Made by a program: the position numbers and the translations under genes. A model generated the notes under the pieces. The model had not been told where the DNA came from and searched no databases. It was given only the letters and a program-made list of their open reading frames with translations. 64,000 nt of DNA, taken from the NCBI GenBank assembly GCA_028718185.1, contig JAQUMH010000002.1:4088-68087 (forward strand), given 5' to 3'. Shown here piece after piece: positions 56,530 to 62,148 of this stretch. The DNA comes from Elusimicrobiota bacterium. Its GTDB lineage: Bacteria > Elusimicrobiota > UBA8919. Each line of letters begins with the position of its first letter. Position 1 is the first letter of the stretch.

Positions 56530-58787
56530 TTTTTTAGTATTGCCAGATACTTTTTTGCTTCGGAATGAGCAGGATTAAGCTGTAATACAGTTTCAAATTC
56601 TTCAACAACACCTTTCCAGTATTTTATTTTCCAATAAGCAACACCCAGATTATAGTGTGCATCAACATAATAGTATTTTAGCGATATTGCTTTTTTATAT
56701 TCGGATAATGCTGCTTCATTTTGATTTGTCTTCTCATACAAAACACCAAGATAACAATGCGGTTCCGCAAGCTCCGGACTTGCTTCCGAAGATTTCATAT
56801 AATCGTCTTTTGCTTCTTCATATTTATTTATTTGGAATTTTTCATACCCCCTTGTCAAATAAATAAATGCAAGATTATTCCTGATGTTTTCATCGTAGGG
56901 ATTTATTTCAATACCTTTTCTATATCTTACAATTGCCTCTTCAATAAATCCTTTTTCTTTGAGTGAAATTCCGATATTATTATAAACCCATTCTACATCT
57001 CCGCCGTTTTGTCCGGCTTTATCATATTCTTTTAACATTTCATCATTTTTCTTGTCTTTATAATATTTTTCAGCAAGAAAATAGTGGTATTGCGAAGAAA
57101 CATCTCTCAAAAGGTATTCACTTAAATAATTTTTATTATCTATACCACGAGTTACATATACCTGCCACAAATCATAATTAACGTTCAGCGGTTTTGCTTT
57201 ATATATTATTCCTGAAATATCAGATTTGACATCCCTTAAATTTGAAAAACTACTACCTAACGAAAAACATATAGGTCTTGCTTGTTTTAATAGTTCTCTT
57301 TGAACATACTCCCTTCTTTCCTGCTTTTGTTCTTTTGTAAGTTGAAAGAAATCATCACCATAAACATTCTTAAATAAAAGTCCGGTATCGGTATAAAAAG
57401 AAACATCTAACCGTTTTTTTAGGCACCATTGCTGGTAAGACAGAAGAAACATCTGATTATCACCTGAAGAGAAAAAATGTGAATTTTTGGGAAGAGACTT
57501 TATAATATTTGAAGAATAATCATATGCTACAAAATTATTTCTTTTGCTATTATAATTAAAATTCATAATGACAGGTAAAATCAAAAGGCAGGAAAATAAA
57601 GAAAGTTTTAAATATTCAGAAGGTTCCCCCCTAGTTTTGTCTAACGATAAAACTGGCAGGGGGGTACTTTTTTTGAATTTATTAAAGGTAAAAATGCGAA
57701 AAAAGTAAAAAAAGCCAATCCCTAGCCAAATAGCCATAACGGTATAGGCAGGTAGATAATAAACTTCTACAACGGATGTTTGCTGCGGATTGAATTGAAA
57801 TCTTAAAATAAAGATTAGACCTAAACCGTTTAATAAAAATAATCCTACAGTAAGAATACATATTTTTTTACACGATTTATAAAATTTTATTAAACCAAAC
57901 AATACAAAAGGTAACATATAATATGTGAATTGTTCACCTGCAAGTTTAAAATAATGTTTTATAAACAACAACTTTGTCGAAAATGTAACTTTTTGTCCGA
58001 ATTCATATGATTTATATTGAACACGCCTGATATGTGCTATAAAATTATGCAATGTTCCTGTATTTCCCTGATTCATTAGAGGATTTTCCAAAGACCGGAC
58101 AGGCATAGATACCAGAATCGTCAAAGCCAGCAATATAAAAAATATACAAATAATAATATTAGCAAAAGGTTTATTTTTCCCAAAGAGATTCTTCCAGTAA
58201 AAAACTAAAAATGCAATTAGCAATAATCCGGAAATATAATGTCCTGCTATGCTTAATCCCGCAATAAAAGAAAACAAATAAATATTTTTATTTTTCAATA
58301 CTGATATATAGATAAGTAATACAATAAAAAACGAAGTTAGGGTATATATACCGCCTTTAGCTATAACACTTTGCGACCAGAAAGTTTTAGAAAAAGCTAA
58401 AAATAACGCAGGAAGACAGGCGAATAAGAAAGTGGGATTGTGGGATTGTGGGATTGTGGGATAGCGGAATAGCGAAGCAGAAGATGAGGAGATAAGCTGT
58501 TTCATAACCAAATACACAATTCCGCATGTTAATGCGCCGAAAACGGCGCTCATTATGTTTAATCTATATGCAATATTTCCGTAAGGTATTATGAATGTAA
58601 ATATTTTTCCAAGCAATACATACAATGGATACCCGGGCGGATGAGTAATACCCAAAGTATATGCCGCAGTTGCAAATTCTCCGCTATCACCCACATAAAC
58701 TGTAGGGCATAATGTTATTAGATATATCCCTAATGATAATAAATACACTAAAATCATTGCAGACCGCTTCTCCTTCGTAAAAACCAT
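56526..58787 (-). CDS. DUF2723 (TMEM260-like GT-C) membrane protein with extended C-terminal TPR repeats, paralog 3
   Basis: 753 aa. The N-terminus is VGDSGEFATAAYTLGITHPPGYPLYVLLGKIF..PYGNIAYRLNIMSAVFGALTC, with a long TPR tail. Confidence 0.65.
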   Translation of the reverse strand: MVFTKEKRSAMILVYLLSLGIYLITLCPTVYVGDSGEFATAAYTLGITHPPGYPLYVLLGKIFTFIIPYGNIAYRLNIMSAVFGALTCGIVYLVMKQLISSSSASLFRYPTIPQSHNPTFLFACLPALFLAFSKTFWSQSVIAKGGIYTLTSFFIVLLIYISVLKNKNIYLFSFIAGLSIAGHYISGLLLIAFLVFYWKNLFGKNKPFANIIICIFFILLALTILVSMPVRSLENPLMNQGNTGTLHNFIAHIRRVQYKSYEFGQKVTFSTKLLFIKHYFKLAGEQFTYYMLPFVLFGLIKFYKSCKKICILTVGLFLLNGLGLIFILRFQFNPQQTSVVEVYYLPAYTVMAIWLGIGFFYFFRIFTFNKFKKSTPLPVLSLDKTRGEPSEYLKLSLFSCLLILPVIMNFNYNSKRNNFVAYDYSSNIIKSLPKNSHFFSSGDNQMFLLSYQQWCLKKRLDVSFYTDTGLLFKNVYGDDFFQLTKEQKQERREYVQRELLKQARPICFSLGSSFSNLRDVKSDISGIIYKAKPLNVNYDLWQVYVTRGIDNKNYLSEYLLRDVSSQYHYFLAEKYYKDKKNDEMLKEYDKAGQNGGDVEWVYNNIGISLKEKGFIEEAIVRYRKGIEINPYDENIRNNLAFIYLTRGYEKFQINKYEEAKDDYMKSSEASPELAEPHCYLGVLYEKTNQNEAALSEYKKAISLKYYYVDAHYNLGVAYWKIKYWKGVVEEFETVLQLNPAHSEAKKYLAILKK
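57626..57664. repeat. Hairpin module CCCCCCTAGTTTTGTCtaacGATAAAACTGGCAGGGGGG in frame in paralog 3
   Basis: It has the same design as the intergenic module at 47083-47125. It is translated as TPLPVLSLDKTRGEP. Confidence 0.7.
58432..58475. repeat. GTGGGATT x3 perfect plus 2-3 degenerate 8-nt units, in frame in paralog 3
   Basis: Units begin at 58432, 58440, 58448, 58456 and 58464. It is translated as ..RYPTIPQSHNPTF. Confidence 0.8.
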
Positions 58788-60808
58788 TCAATTGAAAGTA
58801 ATATAATTAGAAGAATATAGATTATAGGCTTATTCCAAATATTTATTTCATATAAAAGATCTGACTGTGTTGTCCGTGGCTTAATCTCTAGTTTATTAAA
58901 ATTAAACTCTTCAATTGACATAAATTTGCCATTAGTCAAATCTGCTACTTCTTTCATAAACGGTTCATTAACAAAATTTGATTCTAATTCTTTTGAGACG
59001 TCAAAAACATTTAAGGATATGTTATCATTTCCCAAAAATTTCTTATTATAATACGCCTGCGCTTCTAACTTATACTCGCCTGCTAAATTAATTTCAGTGC
59101 TAAACTCATACTCGCCATTCTCAATTCCCGGAGGGACAGCAATAGATTCTTTTTTACCGTCAGGTGTTTGTATTCTTACACTTACAATTGCATTATCTAC
59201 GGGTTTAAAGTATTCATCCTTTACTCGCATTTTTATCTTTGCAATATCGCCTATATTATAGTTATTTTTTGCTATTATAGCCACCTGTTTCATTGATGCG
59301 GCATTCGTCAACCATTTTATTGACTGTCCGAAAAACTTTACGTAATTATATGAGTTATCGCTACCAAGCGCCAAGCGCCACATAGATGGAGTAAGAATAC
59401 ACATAACCCTGCCTTTATCTTTTTCTTTAATTGTAATAACCGGATATTTTGATTTTTCGGTTTCAGCAAGAACAATGGTTTTTTCTCTGACTGCAGCAAT
59501 ATTTACACTATCCAGTTCCGGCATGTTTTTCCAGATAGCATCATTAGAAACCGGGTCATCTACGAGTCTCATTATGCCATGTTCGGGGTGCAAAACGTTT
59601 AATCCATATTTAGCCGATGAAATATCAGAAGACGGGGTTATCGGTAAAATTTCATTAATCGGCGTGTTTTGATATATGTCCAATGGCACTTCCCCGCCGA
59701 TTATTAAAAGTGCTTTGCCGTATTCAGTAACAAAATTTTTAATATTCATAAGATACTGTGTGCTGATAGGAAATTTAAAAAAATTAAAATTATCAAATAT
59801 AAGCAAATCAAAGTTAAAGATTTCCCTTGAAAATATTTCTTCAACAGGAAAAGGAATAAGCGAAAGCTCGTTATCTGATACAGCAACAACATTTTCAGGA
59901 TTTCGCAATATTACAAACGATACAAGTTCAACATTGGGATTATTTTTAAGAGTGTTCCTCAGGAAAGAATAATTAAATGACGGCTGCCCGCAAAGATATA
60001 AAATACGTATTTTTTCCGGTTCAACATTCAGGACAAACTTTTTCTTATTATCCGAAAAATCTTTTTCCCCCTCATAAGTAGGTATTTCAATTACATAAGA
60101 AACCGAACCAGCTTCTTCAGGTATAACTTCAAAAGGGACTTCGAATACACCGTTGTTTTCAATATCCAATATTTTAGTTTGCAAAACGATTTTATTGCTG
60201 GTTTTAAGAAAAATTGATATTTTTTTACCTATAAAACCGGTGCTGTTTATATTCGCGACAATTGTAGTGTTAACATTTCTAAAAACAATATCCGGTACTT
60301 CAACATTACCAATTGAGATATTTTTCTGTAGATTAGAAATTTCCGGAATAACAGCAAAAACAGGTATTTTCAAATCACCCAGCTCGCTTAACACTTCTTT
60401 TGAATCTTTATTGATATTTTGATTCCCATCTGAAAATAAAATTATACTATCAATATCTTTGCCTATAAAATCAGTTTTTATCTTTTCTAATGCTCCGGTT
60501 ATATCCGTTTTCTTCCCTTTAGATTTCAATGATTCTACTTCTTTTTCAGAAACATTCCTTATATTATCTGAAAATGCAAAGAAGAACGGTTTAACTTTGT
60601 TATTTTTAACAAGTTGCAAATTTACCTTACTTTTTATTTGTTCAAAACCTTTTTGACTTATATATCCCATGCTTTGAGAATCATCGATTAAAGCAATAAC
60701 CGTAGGAATATTTCTTTTTTTATATACCTTTTTAACCGGCTGAAAAACAAGCAGAATTATAACTATAAATATCAGTATCCTTAAAATCAAAAGTATTTTC
60801 TTTATCAT
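58754..60808 (-). CDS. Membrane-anchored vWA-like / GATase1-like protein of the Bat-associated cluster
   Basis: 684 aa. An N-terminal TM is followed by VIALIDDSQSMGY (a DxSxS MIDAS-like motif). The central RILYLCGQPSFNYSFLRNTL resembles the DUF1355/GATase1-like block. There is a C-terminal TM. Confidence 0.5.
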   Translation of the reverse strand: MIKKILLILRILIFIVIILLVFQPVKKVYKKRNIPTVIALIDDSQSMGYISQKGFEQIKSKVNLQLVKNNKVKPFFFAFSDNIRNVSEKEVESLKSKGKKTDITGALEKIKTDFIGKDIDSIILFSDGNQNINKDSKEVLSELGDLKIPVFAVIPEISNLQKNISIGNVEVPDIVFRNVNTTIVANINSTGFIGKKISIFLKTSNKIVLQTKILDIENNGVFEVPFEVIPEEAGSVSYVIEIPTYEGEKDFSDNKKKFVLNVEPEKIRILYLCGQPSFNYSFLRNTLKNNPNVELVSFVILRNPENVVAVSDNELSLIPFPVEEIFSREIFNFDLLIFDNFNFFKFPISTQYLMNIKNFVTEYGKALLIIGGEVPLDIYQNTPINEILPITPSSDISSAKYGLNVLHPEHGIMRLVDDPVSNDAIWKNMPELDSVNIAAVREKTIVLAETEKSKYPVITIKEKDKGRVMCILTPSMWRLALGSDNSYNYVKFFGQSIKWLTNAASMKQVAIIAKNNYNIGDIAKIKMRVKDEYFKPVDNAIVSVRIQTPDGKKESIAVPPGIENGEYEFSTEINLAGEYKLEAQAYYNKKFLGNDNISLNVFDVSKELESNFVNEPFMKEVADLTNGKFMSIEEFNFNKLEIKPRTTQSDLLYEINIWNKPIIYILLIILLSIEWFLRRRSGLQ

Positions 60809-60857
60809 ATATTTCCACTAAAAATACAATAGTTTTTTGTCGGGTACATTTTCGTTC

Positions 60858-60950
60858 GAGATTGCTTCGCTAACGCCTACCTACCGTCATGCAGGCTCAC
60901 AATGACAAATCTGCCTGTCATTGCGAACTGACTCATCGTGAAGCAATCTC
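60858..60950. repeat. Family A palindromic element (with nested CCTACCTACCGTCATGCAGG hairpin) abutting and overlapping the GIY-YIG stop codon
   Basis: GAGATTGCTTCGC...CACAATGAC is at 60858-60905 and GTCATTGCGAAC...GAAGCAATCTC at 60917-60950. Both were read directly. Confidence 0.8.
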
Positions 60951-61251
60951 ATAAGTTATTATACAAATCAGTCCACCTTGAATTCATAATTTCAACTAAC
61001 TTAATTTTCTTATTTCTTGAACCCGCTTTTATTTGTTTTTCTCTGCTTATTGCATCTACTGGATTTTCAAAAACTTCATAATAAACAAGTTTATTAATGT
61101 TGTATTTTTCAGTGAAACCTTTTACAATTTTATTTTTATGTTCATAAACTCGCTTTTTTAAGTTGCTTGTTATTCCCGTATAAAGAACTGTATTGTTCTT
61201 GTTTGTTAAAATATAAATTGAATAATACTTTTTCATTTGAGATTGCCCCAT
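60949..61251 (-). CDS. GIY-YIG nuclease superfamily protein (small UPF0213/COG2827 type)
   Basis: 100 aa. Motifs YSIYILTNKNNTVLYTGITSNLKKRVYEH, NKLVYYE and REKQIK. Confidence 0.8.
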   Translation of the reverse strand: MGQSQMKKYYSIYILTNKNNTVLYTGITSNLKKRVYEHKNKIVKGFTEKYNINKLVYYEVFENPVDAISREKQIKAGSRNKKIKLVEIMNSRWTDLYNNL

Positions 61252-61285
61252 AAAAGGGATTTACAACTTCGTCATCCCAAACATT

Positions 61286-61313
61286 GAGATTGCTTCGCTA
61301 CGCTCGCAATGAC
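61286..61313. repeat. Family A half-element GAGATTGCTTCGCTACGCTCGCAATGAC upstream of the GIY-YIG gene
   Basis: Read directly. It lies about 35 nt upstream of the GIY-YIG start codon. Confidence 0.8.
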
Positions 61314-61353
61314 TTCATGTTTAACAAACATTTTAAACAACACTTGTGTCTAT

Positions 61354-62148
61354 TCATCTTAGTTTGTTTTGTATAAATGATTTGTGTATGCTGTCGGACT
61401 TGTATGTACCGGTTAAAGCATACATTATAATATTAAGTGTTAATTTCTTGGCTTCCCACCTCTGCTGTTCTTCGCAAGGATAAATATAATTACCAAGATT
61501 GTCTTTTTCCCATGCACCTAATAAATCATTCTGTGAGTATATAATGCTATAGCGTTCACCTATTTTGCAGCCTTCCAAATATCTATTTACAACAATTCTT
61601 CCTGATGTATTTTTTAACAAGTAAAAAGATTTAAATATTGCATCGTTCATAGGTATTTTTTCAAGCGGATTTTCAGAAAGCAGTTTTGCAATAGTAGTCC
61701 TAATTAACTTGTCAAACCCAAAACCTTTTTTACCTGATGAATCATCAATAAAAATCATTCCACCACCTTGTATATACTTTTTAAGCATCTTTAACTCATT
61801 ATCCGTCAATTGCGGAAAATCAGAGTCACCTGTAATTACAATAAAGGGCGACCAGAAAAGTTCCTCTTCTGTTATCCTGATAATCCGCCTCTGCGGCACA
61901 ACCTTCACGCTTGTTGTCATGACCAGGTATTCCGAAATTCTATCCCATGCTGTTTGCCGCATATCCCATTTACCCGCATATTGCAGCTGGCTAAAAACAA
62001 ATTTGCCCCCTTGCTGGCAGTAAAGATTGTCCGAAGTCCAAAGTCCGAAGTCCGAAGTCAATAAAACCATAACAAAAATAAATATGAACCATTTAGCATG
62101 ACATTGGACATTGGACATCGGACGTTGGACATTTTTTTTATTTATCAT
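61354..62148 (-). CDS. DUF4159 domain protein (Bat-associated cluster)
   Basis: 264 aa. After the signal region, FVFSQLQYAGKWDMRQTAW and GGMIFIDD fit the DUF4159 pattern. It overlaps the upstream vWA gene by 4 nt. Confidence 0.55.
   Translation of the reverse strand: MINKKNVQRPMSNVQCHAKWFIFIFVMVLLTSDFGLWTSDNLYCQQGGKFVFSQLQYAGKWDMRQTAWDRISEYLVMTTSVKVVPQRRIIRITEEELFWSPFIVITGDSDFPQLTDNELKMLKKYIQGGGMIFIDDSSGKKGFGFDKLIRTTIAKLLSENPLEKIPMNDAIFKSFYLLKNTSGRIVVNRYLEGCKIGERYSIIYSQNDLLGAWEKDNLGNYIYPCEEQQRWEAKKLTLNIIMYALTGTYKSDSIHKSFIQNKLR
62038..62134. repeat. Two 7-nt tandem arrays in the 5' end of the DUF4159 ORF: GTCCGAA-type x5 (62038-62072) and GACATTG-type x5 (62100-62134)
   Basis: Read directly. 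They are translated as ..LTSDFGLWTSD.. and ..NVQRPMSNVQC... Confidence 0.8.

Noticed and set aside
54213-58475. A CRISPR array as an explanation for the short tandem repeats
   Set aside because: The units are only 7-8 nt, directly abutting with no spacers, and lie inside reading frames. No cas genes are nearby. They are not CRISPR.
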